Assembly: GCA_029240105.1 (NCBI GenBank)
Contig: JARBTR010000004.1
Coordinates: 219,190 to 283,189, forward strand
Source of the DNA: Bacillales bacterium
GTDB taxonomy: Bacteria; Bacillota; Bacilli; JARBTR01
Direction: 5' to 3'
DNA length: 64,000 nt
Shown: positions 20,552 through 30,926 of the stretch, in pieces
How positions within the stretch are numbered: the first letter of the stretch is position 1
How the letters are laid out: each line of letters starts with the position of its first letter
Position numbers and translations under genes: made by a program
The notes under the pieces: generated by a model
Databases searched by the model: none
Told to the model about the DNA's origin: nothing
The model's input: the letters and a program-made list of their open reading frames with translations, nothing else

Positions 20552-20881
20552 TTAAAATTGCGATTTACCCTTGCTAGGATAAACCTTTTCACCAAACCAG
20601 GCGTTCATCCCACCAGCTATGTTCACAACTTTATATCCATTTTCCTGTAAAAACTCACATACACGTAAACTGCGTGCACCCGAGCGACAAATGATGAAGT
20701 ACTCTTTATCCTTACTCAGTTCAGTTTTACGATTCAGAAGATCGTTCATTGGGATATGAATTGTACCAGGAACCATACCTTCTGCAATTTCAGAATCTTC
20801 ACGAATATCAATTACATGCAATTCATCTCTATACTTAGTCATTTCTAAAAGCTGACCTGTTGTTATACTTTTGATTTCCAT
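20552..20881 (-). CDS. rhodanese-domain sulfurtransferase (YtwF-like)
   Basis: 109 aa; active-site loop CRSGARS. Confidence 0.8.
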   Translation of the reverse strand: MEIKSITTGQLLEMTKYRDELHVIDIREDSEIAEGMVPGTIHIPMNDLLNRKTELSKDKEYFIICRSGARSLRVCEFLQENGYKVVNIAGGMNAWFGEKVYPSKGKSQF

Positions 20882-20934
20882 TTCTACTCTCCAATCCGTT
20901 TAAAATAATTAACCGGCTCCGAATGACAAAATGT

Positions 20935-23349
20935 TTAGCCAACAACGATATTTAGTAGCTTCCCTGGGACGTAAATAATTTTACGAACTGTTTTGCCATT
21001 TGTTTGTTCAGATACCTTATCTACTGCATAAGCCATTGCTTCTGCTTCTTCTTGTGAAATATCCTTTGCAACTGTAAGTTTTGTTCTCAACTTCCCATTT
21101 ACCTGAACGACAATCTCAACTGTATCATTAACTAATTTTGATTCGTCAAAACTTGGCCAAGTCGCATACGTTATTCCTTCCGTATGTCCCAGTTTGCTCC
21201 AAAGTTCTTCAGCAATATGAGGACAAATTGGAGCGATACATTTTACAAATCCTTCAACATATTCTTTTGGAATTGTATCTGCTTTGTAGCACTCGTTAAT
21301 AAATACCATCATTTGTGAAATCGCTGTATTAAAACGTATTCCAGCTAAGTCTTCCGTAACTTTCTTGACGGTTTCATTATATACTTTATCCAATGATTCA
21401 TTGTTTGTATTAGTGACTTTATCACGAAGATTTCCATTCTCATCGACAAATAAACGCCAGACTCGGTCCAAGAATCGACGTGAACCCTCTAACCCATTAG
21501 TGGACCATGCAATGGATGCGTCAAGTGGCCCCATAAACATCAGATACAAACGAAGTGTATCAGCACCGTGAGATTCCACTACGGTATCAGGATTAACCAC
21601 ATTCCCTTTTGATTTGCTCATTTTCTCATTGTTTTCACCAAGGATCATTCCCTGATTAAATAACTTTTGGAATGGTTCTTTTGTCGGAACAACCCCAATA
21701 TCGTATAAAAATTTATGCCAGAAACGAGCATATAACAAATGAAGTACTGCGTGCTCAGCGCCACCAATATAAGAATCTACAGGTAACCATGCCTTCATTT
21801 TTTCAAAATCTGCTAAAGCATTTTTATTTTCAGGATCAATAAAACGAAGGTAATACCAGCAGCTTCCAGCCCATTGAGGCATTGTATTGGTTTCGCGTCG
21901 ACCTTTTCTACCGTTCTCATCCACTACATTTACCCATTCAGTAATATTTGCAAGTGGAGACTCCCCTGTTCCAGATGGGCGAATATCAGTTGTTTTGGGT
22001 AACATAAGAGGTAAGTTTTCATATGGCTCAGCTGACATTGTGCCATCTTCCCAATGGATAATTGGAATAGGTTCACCCCAATATCGTTGTCTTGAAAAAT
22101 TCCAATCACGCAAGCGGTAGGATACTTTCTTCTCTCCCGCTTTAGTTAAGGTTAACCAATCAATCATTTTTTCAATGGCTTCTTGCTTACCCATTCCATT
22201 TAAAAATGCTGAATTCACATGTGGTCCATCTTCAGTGTAAGCCGCTTCTTCAATGTTTCCACCTTTTAAAACTTCAATAATTGGCAAATCAAACTTCTTT
22301 GCAAATTCAAAGTCACGTTCATCATGTGCTGGTACTGCCATAATTGCACCTGTTCCGTAACTAACCAATACGTAATCTGCAATCCAAATCGGTAACTTTG
22401 CACCATTCACTGGATTTACAGCGTAAGCACCAGTAAATACACCAGTTTTTTCTTTTGCTAATTCTGTTCTTTCTAAATCACTTTTTGTTGAAACCCATTC
22501 TACATAAGACTCAACTGCTTGTTTTTGCTCAGTAGTTGTAATTTTTTTGATTAAAGTATGTTCTGGTGAAAGTACACAATACGTTGCACCAAATAGTGTA
22601 TCCGGTCTAGTAGTGAATACAGTGAATTTTTCATCCTCATGGCCATCAACTTTGAAATGGACATGAGCCCCTTCTGACCGGCCAATCCAATTGCGTTGCA
22701 TATCCTTAAGGCTATCCGGCCAATCTAGCTCATCTAAATCTTCAATCAAACGATCCGCATACTTTGTGATACGCATAATCCATTGTCGCATTGGTTTACG
22801 GATTACAGGGTGCCCACCACGTTCACTTTTTCCATCAATGACCTCTTCATTTGCTAAAACGGTTCCAAGAGCAGGACACCAGTTAACAGGAATTTCATCC
22901 ATGTAAGCAAGACCTTTTTCATAAAGCTTCAAGAAAATCCATTGAGTCCATTTAAAATATTCAGGATCGGTTGTATTCACCTCGCGATCCCAATCATACG
23001 ATAATCCTATTGATTTTAATTGGTTACGGAATACGCCAACGTTTCGTTCTGTGAACTCAGCTGGATCATTCCCAGTATCCATCGCATATTGTTCTGCCGG
23101 TAATCCAAATGCATCCCATCCCATTGGTAGTAATACATTGTAGCCTTGCATTCTTTTCATACGAGCTAAAATATCCGTAGGCACATAACTTTTAGGATGT
23201 CCTACATGAAGACCAGCTCCTGAAGGGTACGGAAACATACCTAATGAATAGAAATTTGGCTTACCACTGTCTTCAGTGGTTTTGAAAGTCTTATTTAACT
23301 CCCAATGTGCCTGCCATTTTTGTTCAATTTCTTTGTGATTAAAACTCAT
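20935..23349 (-). CDS. leuS: leucine--tRNA ligase
   Basis: 804 aa; HVGHP (HIGH) and KMSKS motifs present. Confidence 0.95.
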   Translation of the reverse strand: MSFNHKEIEQKWQAHWELNKTFKTTEDSGKPNFYSLGMFPYPSGAGLHVGHPKSYVPTDILARMKRMQGYNVLLPMGWDAFGLPAEQYAMDTGNDPAEFTERNVGVFRNQLKSIGLSYDWDREVNTTDPEYFKWTQWIFLKLYEKGLAYMDEIPVNWCPALGTVLANEEVIDGKSERGGHPVIRKPMRQWIMRITKYADRLIEDLDELDWPDSLKDMQRNWIGRSEGAHVHFKVDGHEDEKFTVFTTRPDTLFGATYCVLSPEHTLIKKITTTEQKQAVESYVEWVSTKSDLERTELAKEKTGVFTGAYAVNPVNGAKLPIWIADYVLVSYGTGAIMAVPAHDERDFEFAKKFDLPIIEVLKGGNIEEAAYTEDGPHVNSAFLNGMGKQEAIEKMIDWLTLTKAGEKKVSYRLRDWNFSRQRYWGEPIPIIHWEDGTMSAEPYENLPLMLPKTTDIRPSGTGESPLANITEWVNVVDENGRKGRRETNTMPQWAGSCWYYLRFIDPENKNALADFEKMKAWLPVDSYIGGAEHAVLHLLYARFWHKFLYDIGVVPTKEPFQKLFNQGMILGENNEKMSKSKGNVVNPDTVVESHGADTLRLYLMFMGPLDASIAWSTNGLEGSRRFLDRVWRLFVDENGNLRDKVTNTNNESLDKVYNETVKKVTEDLAGIRFNTAISQMMVFINECYKADTIPKEYVEGFVKCIAPICPHIAEELWSKLGHTEGITYATWPSFDESKLVNDTVEIVVQVNGKLRTKLTVAKDISQEEAEAMAYAVDKVSEQTNGKTVRKIIYVPGKLLNIVVG

Positions 23350-23374
23350 TTAAATTCCACCTTTCTTAAAATCT

Positions 23375-23695
23375 AATTACTCAATACGCATTGCTTAAAT
23401 TAACTTTTTTGCATTAGTAGTAGTGAGATTCAAGGAAGCAAGCGACTGAGGCCCGGAGTGTGTTTAGACACACATGAGGATCCGAAGAAGCGTAGCTGAC
23501 ACCGAAGATTGCTGCTAATAATGCAAAAAAGCCTTTCATCCCTAAAAAAGGGACGAAAGACTTTACATAAACCTCCGCGGTACCACCCAAATTGATATCA
23601 TAAAGATATCCACCTCGTACTCTTAACGCGAGCTACTCGGATACGCTACTTAGAAAAACTTAAGTTCAATCTTATTATTGATTATGTTTTTCATT
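23375..23695 (-). promoter_or_regulatory. T-box riboswitch leader of leuS
   Basis: Minus strand carries T-box consensus aaTTGGGTGGTACCGCGGaggt (plus coords 23573..23593) upstream of terminator hairpin ctttcgtccc..gggatgaaag + ttttttgc (23525..23560). Confidence 0.8.
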
Positions 23696-24073
23696 TAAAT
23701 TTACGTATGCAATCTCCTTGGCGAGTTCTTGGTTACCTTTTATCAGCTTGCACCAACTGCTGACTCTCTAAAAAAAAATATACCAATACTACTCCAACTC
23801 ATCGATTTATTATTCATTCTATTTTTATAAAATTTTATTTAAAAGTCAAGTAAAGGTTACAGTGTACCATATATTCATTATGTTCATCACTCAATTTCCT
23901 TAAACAATCTGTAGAAGTCTTTCTACAAACTACTTTCAAAGAAATTTTTGGTAACTTAGTAACGTATTGGAATGTAAAAAGTCCTCCGTTTATTCAGAAA
24001 AAAAGTACCTACTATTTACTAAATGTGTTACACTAATGAGGTATTTATTATATTAAAAAAGGTGGTTATTACA

Positions 24074-25579
24074 TTGAGACTCACTGTTCCAACAGAGATG
24101 CAGGAACTTTTAAACGGAAAAAATGTACATTTACAACTTTCTGTTCCACAATTAGTAGAAAAAGTGCTTGATAGAAAAGAAGGCGTACTTACAGATACAG
24201 GTGCGATTCGTGTTGCAACCGGAAAATATACTGGTCGTTCTCCGAAAGATAAATATACTGTTGAAGAATCTTTAACTAAAGATAAAATCGACTGGGGAAA
24301 TGTGAATAGACCCATTTCACCAGAAAACTTCGATAAACTATACAATAAAGTAATTGACCAATTAAAAAAACAGGACGAAATTTTCGTCTTTAATGGATTT
24401 GCTGGCGCAGATTTGGACTATCGTTTGCCAATTCGTGTTGTTAATGAATATGCATGGCATAACCTATTTGTTCATCAACTTTTTATCCGCCCAACTGAAG
24501 AAGAATTGTCTAACCACCAAGCAGAATTTACGATCTTGGGATGCCCAAGCGTAAAAGCAATTCCCGGAGAAGATGGAACAGATTCAGATACATTTATTTG
24601 TGTATCTTTCGAAAGAAAATGCATCATTATAGGTGGGTCAGAGTACTCTGGTGAGATGAAAAAATCGATCTTTAGTATCATGAACTACTTATTGCCAGAA
24701 CAAGGCGTTCTTTCCATGCACTGTTCTGCAAATGTTGGTGCAAAAGGTGATGTGGCCTTATTCTTTGGACTTTCAGGAACTGGTAAAACAACTTTATCAG
24801 CAGATAAAAACCGCAGCTTAATTGGTGACGATGAACATGGTTGGTCAGATAATGGCGTATTCAATATTGAAGGTGGATGCTATGCAAAATGTATCAACCT
24901 GTCTCAAGAGAAGGAACCTGAAATTTGGAATGCTATTAAATTTGGCTCTGTTGTAGAGAACGTTGTATATGATGAGCATACTCGTGTTCCTAATTACGAT
25001 GATGGATCAATAACTGAAAACACTCGTGTTGCCTATCCAATTGATTATATTGAGAATGTTACTTTACCAAGCAAAGCTGGACATCCAAATACAATCGTTT
25101 TTTTAACAGCCGATGCATATGGGGTTTTACCTCCTATCAGTAAATTGACAAAAGAACAAGCAATGTACCATTTCCTAAGTGGTTTTACAAGTAAGTTAGC
25201 TGGGACAGAAAGAGGCATTACAACACCTCAATCAACTTTTTCAACTTGTTTTGGATCTCCTTTCTTGCCGCTTCATGCAACAAGATATGCAAATCTATTA
25301 GGTGAAAAAATTGATAAGCATGGCCGACTAATGGTAAATGCAGCAGTTGAAGGTCTTTTAGATCAAGTGGAAACTGTTACAAATGAAATCTTCGGACTTC
25401 AAGTGCCTGTAAGTGTTCCTGGTGTCCCAGGTAATGTATTGCAACCTGAATTAACATGGTCAAATGTTGATGATTATAAAAAACAAGCACTTGATTTGGC
25501 TCAACAATTTAAGAACAACTTTAAGAAATTTGGTATGGTTTCATCTGATATAGAAGAATTGGGCGGACCAAAAATTTAG
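24074..25579 (+). CDS. pckA: phosphoenolpyruvate carboxykinase (ATP)
   Basis: PckA motifs ([11 protein letters not shown] kinase-1a, ..[11 protein letters not shown]..); TTG start with aaggtgg SD is better supported than the upstream ATG of the track ORF. Confidence 0.9.
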   Translation: MRLTVPTEMQELLNGKNVHLQLSVPQLVEKVLDRKEGVLTDTGAIRVATGKYTGRSPKDKYTVEESLTKDKIDWGNVNRPISPENFDKLYNKVIDQLKKQDEIFVFNGFAGADLDYRLPIRVVNEYAWHNLFVHQLFIRPTEEELSNHQAEFTILGCPSVKAIPGEDGTDSDTFICVSFERKCIIIGGSEYSGEMKKSIFSIMNYLLPEQGVLSMHCSANVGAKGDVALFFGLSGTGKTTLSADKNRSLIGDDEHGWSDNGVFNIEGGCYAKCINLSQEKEPEIWNAIKFGSVVENVVYDEHTRVPNYDDGSITENTRVAYPIDYIENVTLPSKAGHPNTIVFLTADAYGVLPPISKLTKEQAMYHFLSGFTSKLAGTERGITTPQSTFSTCFGSPFLPLHATRYANLLGEKIDKHGRLMVNAAVEGLLDQVETVTNEIFGLQVPVSVPGVPGNVLQPELTWSNVDDYKKQALDLAQQFKNNFKKFGMVSSDIEELGGPKI

Positions 25580-25595
25580 TAATTTTTATAAACTC

Positions 25596-25631
25596 AAAAG
25601 CTAATTTCCTTACGGAGGTTAGCTTTTTTTA
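25596..25631 (+). terminator. pckA terminator
   Basis: aaaagctaatttccttacggaggttagcttttttt. Confidence 0.7.
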
Positions 25632-25707
25632 TGACGATTCTACTAAAATGGTGTAATACACTAGAACGTTCGTCCTTAGCGGCACGTCCACATCTACATA
25701 TTTTATA

Positions 25708-25757
25708 GTGTTGAAACTGATCGAAAATGGTATTTACCCTTCGATCAATTTCAACAC
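25708..25757 (+). promoter_or_regulatory. 18-bp near-perfect inverted repeat (gtgttgaaactgatcgaa N14 ttcgatcaatttcaacac) 10 nt upstream of SD of 25782 gene
   Basis: 17/18 complementary arms with a 14-nt spacer, followed by ttt then aaggaggtg SD; candidate operator or leader attenuator/translational hairpin. Confidence 0.45.
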
Positions 25758-25781
25758 TTTAAACCTCAAGGAGGTGAAATT

Positions 25782-26147
25782 ATGATTAGATGGCCGATAG
25801 AAAGATGCGGAGATAGCTTTGAACGCACATTGGCAGATGCGGAAGAATTATTGGTATTTCAAAACTGTACTCCTGTTACAGGAACTTCAAATACAGTTGC
25901 AAACCGTATATTTGAAGCAACAGAAGATGTTAATGCGACAATTGCGGCATCATTAGAGAGTACAAATTCAGTCGGTTTTAACGTAATTATTACTCGTAGT
26001 ACTGGTCCTAACATCACTTTAACTGTTCAACCATTGAGCTCAGTGACATTTATAGTTGATGGAGTATTGACTATAGATCTATTTGGGTTCGGTGGAGAAT
26101 ATACAGCTATTTTCAAACAACAAACTGCTTACCAAGTAACTGTATAG
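25782..26147 (+). CDS. hypothetical beta-rich small protein
   Basis: 121 aa, strong SD aaggaggtg; T/V/S-rich alternating pattern (TLTVQPLSSVTFIVDGVLTIDLFGF) suggests beta-sandwich; no recognised family. Confidence 0.5.
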   Translation: MIRWPIERCGDSFERTLADAEELLVFQNCTPVTGTSNTVANRIFEATEDVNATIAASLESTNSVGFNVIITRSTGPNITLTVQPLSSVTFIVDGVLTIDLFGFGGEYTAIFKQQTAYQVTV

Positions 26148-26537
26148 ATTTCAATTTAACTGAAAATACCCTTCCAACTTTTTTTAAAAAGAGAGGGGTA
26201 TTTTGTATTGGGTTTGTACACTCCAATTATCAATGAAATATCCTATTATATCTTTATACTTTTTTCCTCTATATTGAGGGATACTGTACAAATACCAAAG
26301 GTAATGTTTTCTAATTTTGGAAATCAAATTTTAAATCAGAATGAAAAGGAATCAATCTTTGATCATATCTTCAAAAAATCATTGATAATACACTATTTTT
26401 TTCATACCCAAACACTACCTAAAATTCTATAAAAGATTTTAGTGAGATACTACTTTATTAAGTATGCAGCAACAGTATTTACTCTCAAATCTATTTATAG
26501 TATGATACATAAAATTTATAGATTTTGGTGGTGCATT

Positions 26538-28460
26538 ATGGGATATACCTTAACTGAAAAAGTATTAAAAGAACATCTAATCAGTGGTCAATTGACTGCT
26601 GGGGAAGAAATTTGCATAAAAGTTGATCAAACTCTTACCCAAGATACAACAGGAACCATGGCGTATCTTGAGCTCGAAGCTATGAACATTGGCAAAGTGA
26701 AGACTGAGGTGTCCGTAGCTTATATTGACCACAACATGTTACAAACTGGATTTGAAAACGCTGATGATCACGCTTTTATCAAGTCCATGGCCATAAATCA
26801 CGGTATCATATTTTCAAAACCTGGAAACGGCATCTGCCATCAACTTCATTTAGAGCGGTTTGGCAAACCTGGAAAAACATTAATCGGTTCAGATAGCCAT
26901 ACACCGACATGCGGCGCACTTGGTATGCTTGCTATTGGCGCAGGTGGGTTAGATGTTTCCATAGGCATGGCCACTGGAACATATTGTTTGAAGATGCCTA
27001 AAATCATTAAAGTAGAATTACGAGGAAAATTACAAAAGAATGTATCCTCCAAGGATGTCATTTTGGAACTTTTAAGACAGCTATCCGTTAAAGGTGGCGT
27101 GAATAGTATTATTGAGTATTCCGGTGATGGAGTCAAAACACTATCCTTAACACAGCGTGCGACCATTACCAATATGGGAGCGGAGCTTGGGGCTACAACC
27201 TCAATTTTCCCTGCGGATGAGAGAACGCTTGATTTTCTCACAAGGCAAGGAAGATCTGAGGATTACCATCCATTAAGTGCAGATACAGACGCTGTATATG
27301 ATAGCGAAATCATCATTGAACTTGATCAACTTGTTCCGATGATAGCGCGCCCTCATAGTCCAGATGCAGTAACACCAATTCCTAGTGAAAAAATCGTACT
27401 CAATCAGGTTGCAATTGGATCTTGTACCAATTCTTCTTACGAGGATTTAATGCAAGTAGCTAAAATTCTTGAAGGAGAACGCGTTCATCCAACTATTGAC
27501 TTAGTCATTTCTCCTGGGTCAAGTAACATCATTACTATGCTTGCTGATAACGGTGCCCTTTCTACCTTTATTAAAGCGGGAGCACGTATTTTGGAAGCAG
27601 GCTGCGGACCTTGTATCGGAATGGGACAAGCCCCTAAGTCAGCTGGAGTTTCTCTTCGTACCTTTAACCGAAACTTCAAGGGTAGAAGCGGAACTTTTGA
27701 CGCGCAAGTGTATTTAACTAGCCCTATTGTAGCTGCTTATTCTGCTATCAAGGGGTATATTGCCGATCCACGTGAACTGACAAAAGATTTGACGGTAGAA
27801 TTGCCGGAAAAATTTACTGTTTCAAATAATTACTTCATCTTTCCTAATGATGAAAAAGTTCAAGTTGAAAAGGGTCCAAATATTGGAGAATTTCCAAATA
27901 AACAAGAGTTAGAATCTCAAATTAACGGGATTGTTATTTTAAAAACAGGAGACAACATTACCACGGATGATATTGCACCATCTAGTGCTGATTTATTAAA
28001 ACTCCGTTCTAACATTCCTAAACTATCTGAATACTGCTTTAAGACGATTATTCCTGATTTTAAAGCTCGTTGCCAAGCTAATGGTGGCGGAATCATTATT
28101 GGTGGTGATAACTATGGCCAGGGTTCAAGTCGCGAACATGCTGCTTTACTACCACTTTATCTTGGTATTCAGGCTGTTATTGCAAAATCTTTTGCCAGAA
28201 TTCATAAGTCAAACCTGGTCAATGCTGGCATTATACCACTAGAGTTTGCAGATACCACAGATTATGAGTTATTCACAGAACTTGAAACACATGTACAAAT
28301 TCTGAATTTAGCAGACCAGCTTCAGAGTGACCAAGTTGAGGTATTAGTAAATGAAAAACCCATACTATGCAAGATTGTATTGTCACAACGTGATAAAGAC
28401 ATCTTAGCTTGTGGAGGAATGCTGAATTATTCACTCGCTAAATTTGGAGGAAACTCATAA
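26538..28460 (+). CDS. aconitase-family hydro-lyase, single-chain ~640 aa form (catalytic + swivel domain)
   Basis: Fe-S ligand motifs (GSCTNSS, CGPCIGMG) plus LeuD-like swivel motif GDNYGQGSSREHAA; start at MGYTLTEK with ggtggtg SD (track ORF extends 32 codons further upstream). Confidence 0.8.
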   Translation: MGYTLTEKVLKEHLISGQLTAGEEICIKVDQTLTQDTTGTMAYLELEAMNIGKVKTEVSVAYIDHNMLQTGFENADDHAFIKSMAINHGIIFSKPGNGICHQLHLERFGKPGKTLIGSDSHTPTCGALGMLAIGAGGLDVSIGMATGTYCLKMPKIIKVELRGKLQKNVSSKDVILELLRQLSVKGGVNSIIEYSGDGVKTLSLTQRATITNMGAELGATTSIFPADERTLDFLTRQGRSEDYHPLSADTDAVYDSEIIIELDQLVPMIARPHSPDAVTPIPSEKIVLNQVAIGSCTNSSYEDLMQVAKILEGERVHPTIDLVISPGSSNIITMLADNGALSTFIKAGARILEAGCGPCIGMGQAPKSAGVSLRTFNRNFKGRSGTFDAQVYLTSPIVAAYSAIKGYIADPRELTKDLTVELPEKFTVSNNYFIFPNDEKVQVEKGPNIGEFPNKQELESQINGIVILKTGDNITTDDIAPSSADLLKLRSNIPKLSEYCFKTIIPDFKARCQANGGGIIIGGDNYGQGSSREHAALLPLYLGIQAVIAKSFARIHKSNLVNAGIIPLEFADTTDYELFTELETHVQILNLADQLQSDQVEVLVNEKPILCKIVLSQRDKDILACGGMLNYSLAKFGGNS

Positions 28461-29467
28461 TGACTAAAGTGACATTAATGAAGGGTGACGGGATCGGCGC
28501 TGAAATTTCAGAGAGCTTGATTCATGTGTTTAAGGCTTTACAAGCACCTATTGAATTTGAAGTGGTTGACGCCGGATACGAAGAATTTCTTAAAACAGGC
28601 GAGCCAATTTCTGAAACGGTTTATGATTCTATTGAACGCAATAAAATTGCTATCAAGGGGCCAACTGCAACCCCAATCGGAACAGGTTTTAGAAGTATCA
28701 ATGTGTCTTTACGAAAAAAATACGATTTGTATGCAAATATTCGTCCAATAAAGTCCTATCCGAATACTGGTGGTCGCTATCAAGACATTGACATGGTCAT
28801 ATTCCGCGAAAATACAGAAGGCCTCTACATCGGAGAGGAAGAAATGGTTGATCCAATTAATGGTGTAGCCATTGCAAAAAAGAGAATAACCAAGCGTGGT
28901 AGCGAGCGAATTATTCGTGCTGCATTTGAATACGCGAAGACCAACAACATTAACAAAGTTACATTGGTTCACAAAGCTAATATTCTTAAAATTACAGACG
29001 GACTATTTCTAGATTGTGGACGTGAATTGCAGAAGGAGTTCCCAGAAATTCAATTGCAGGAAATCATTATCGATAACATGTGCATGCAGATGGTAATGAA
29101 TCCGCATCAGTTCAAAGTTATTGTGACAATGAATTTATACGGTGATATTCTATCCGATCTTGCTGCTGGGCTTGTTGGCGGACTGGGTATGGCACCTGGG
29201 GCAAACATAGGGGAAGAGATCAAAATATTCGAAGCAGTTCATGGAACAGCGCCGGATATTGCAGGCAAGAATTTAGCTAACCCGACTGCGATGCTACTTA
29301 GTGGGGTTCAGATGTTACATGCAATGGGGCTCTCATCATATGGCTCAAAACTTGAAAATGCTATTTACAATCTTTATCAAGATGGTCGTCATTTGACACG
29401 AGATTTAAAAGGCAGCCTATCCACAACTGAATTTACACAAAAACTAATTTCTTTTTTAGAGGTATAA
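28460..29467 (+). CDS. NAD-dependent isocitrate/isopropylmalate dehydrogenase-family protein (short ~335 aa type)
   Basis: [13 protein letters not shown] and [16 protein letters not shown] motifs; start overlaps aconitase stop (TAATG). Confidence 0.75.
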   Translation: MTKVTLMKGDGIGAEISESLIHVFKALQAPIEFEVVDAGYEEFLKTGEPISETVYDSIERNKIAIKGPTATPIGTGFRSINVSLRKKYDLYANIRPIKSYPNTGGRYQDIDMVIFRENTEGLYIGEEEMVDPINGVAIAKKRITKRGSERIIRAAFEYAKTNNINKVTLVHKANILKITDGLFLDCGRELQKEFPEIQLQEIIIDNMCMQMVMNPHQFKVIVTMNLYGDILSDLAAGLVGGLGMAPGANIGEEIKIFEAVHGTAPDIAGKNLANPTAMLLSGVQMLHAMGLSSYGSKLENAIYNLYQDGRHLTRDLKGSLSTTEFTQKLISFLEV

Positions 29468-29469
29468 AT

Positions 29470-30750
29470 ATGGGGACACTACAAGAACTGGCAAATCTAA
29501 CAAAAAAGATTAATAACATTGATTATACGCGTTACGATGAGCATGACATTAAATATGGTTTGAGAAACAAAAATAACACTGGGGTTTTTGTAGGTGTTAC
29601 AAAAGTTGGTAGCGTCAAAGGTTATGTAATGGATGATGGCATGAAGGTTCCAGTTGGGGGCACGCTGTTATATCGTAATATTGAAATCAACAACATTGTA
29701 CGTGAGGTTGAAAAAACAGGCGGGCACTATTTTGAGCGTGTCGTTTACTTACTTTTCTTCGGCAAACTTCCAAATGAAACTGAATTTGACAGTTTTATAA
29801 AGTTATTAAATGAGTACAAGGCAATGCCGATTGATTATAATTCACATCAAAAAGCTAAGCACTCGATTATGAATGCGCTGCAAAACGGTGTAAACCAGCT
29901 CTACACAATAGACGAAACAGCGGATGAAATTACCGTAGACAATATTGTAAAACAAAGTCTCATTATATTGGCTCAAATGCCAGACATCATGTTACAAGCT
30001 TATTTGGGTGATGATTATAATTTTGAAAAGTCTGAACAACTGAAGCAAAAAGGTGTTAGTACCGCTGAATACATTCTAGCTATGTTAAAAGAGGATTACT
30101 TGCCACAAGAAGTCCAAATCCTTGACCTTTCCTTGGTATTGCATGCGGAGCATGGTGGAGGAAACAACTCCACTTTTACTGTGCGTGTAACTTCCTCTGC
30201 TTATACCGACACATATTCAGCAATTGTATCTGGTTTGTGTTCATTAAAAGGATTGCGTCATGGTGGTGCCAATATCCAAGTGACACGCATGATTGAGGAC
30301 ATTATGGAAGCTGTTGATTATAACGACACTTCCGAGTTGAAAGAATATCTTGCAAGAATTTTACGAAAAGAAGGATTTGACCAAACAGGATTAATCTACG
30401 GAATGGGACATGCTGTTTACACAGTTTCTGATCCAAGATGTATCATCCTCAAAGAAAAGGCTAGAGAATTGACAAAAATGAAGGAACAAAGTGAACTTTA
30501 CGAGTTATACGACAACATTGAAAGTTTAACAAAACTCTTGATGCAAGAGAAAAATGGCATCGATTTTTACATGTGTGCTAACGTTGACTTGTATTCTGGA
30601 TTAAATTATCAAATGATGGATATTGATCAAAAATTGTTCACACCCCTCTTCGCTTTATCAAGAGTGTCTGGCTGGTGTGCGCACCGTCTAGAGCAGGTTA
30701 TAACTGATAAAAAAATCATGCGTCCGGCTTACGTAACGAGTAGGAATTAA
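29470..30750 (+). CDS. citrate synthase-family protein (divergent N-terminus)
   Basis: CS catalytic motifs LHAEHGGGNNSTFTVRV.. and GMGHAVYTVSDPR; 3 nt after the upstream gene. Confidence 0.75.
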   Translation: MGTLQELANLTKKINNIDYTRYDEHDIKYGLRNKNNTGVFVGVTKVGSVKGYVMDDGMKVPVGGTLLYRNIEINNIVREVEKTGGHYFERVVYLLFFGKLPNETEFDSFIKLLNEYKAMPIDYNSHQKAKHSIMNALQNGVNQLYTIDETADEITVDNIVKQSLIILAQMPDIMLQAYLGDDYNFEKSEQLKQKGVSTAEYILAMLKEDYLPQEVQILDLSLVLHAEHGGGNNSTFTVRVTSSAYTDTYSAIVSGLCSLKGLRHGGANIQVTRMIEDIMEAVDYNDTSELKEYLARILRKEGFDQTGLIYGMGHAVYTVSDPRCIILKEKARELTKMKEQSELYELYDNIESLTKLLMQEKNGIDFYMCANVDLYSGLNYQMMDIDQKLFTPLFALSRVSGWCAHRLEQVITDKKIMRPAYVTSRN

Positions 30751-30926
30751 TAACAGATTTTGATTTTACAATCCAACTAGGGACTTACCTGACATTGTGG
30801 ATTTCTTTATACCATTATGGCCGAAAATTACTTATGAATTTGTAATCATTAAATAAATTAAAAAGTGGGTTCTGCAATTTTTTAAAGATTGCTGATTCCC
30901 ACTTTTATTTTTATTTATAAAACGTT

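Noticed and set aside
25660-25706. Sigma-K-type promoter (AC ... CATAnnnTA) upstream of the beta-rich orphan gene
   Set aside because: CATATTTTA is present, but the nearest upstream AC dinucleotides are 11 or 29 nt away instead of 16-17, so a confident promoter call is not justified.
26208-26432. 74-aa ORF in the leader of the aconitase operon
   Set aside because: It is AT-rich with a low-complexity hydrophobic translation and no SD, and it lies in a promoter/leader region.
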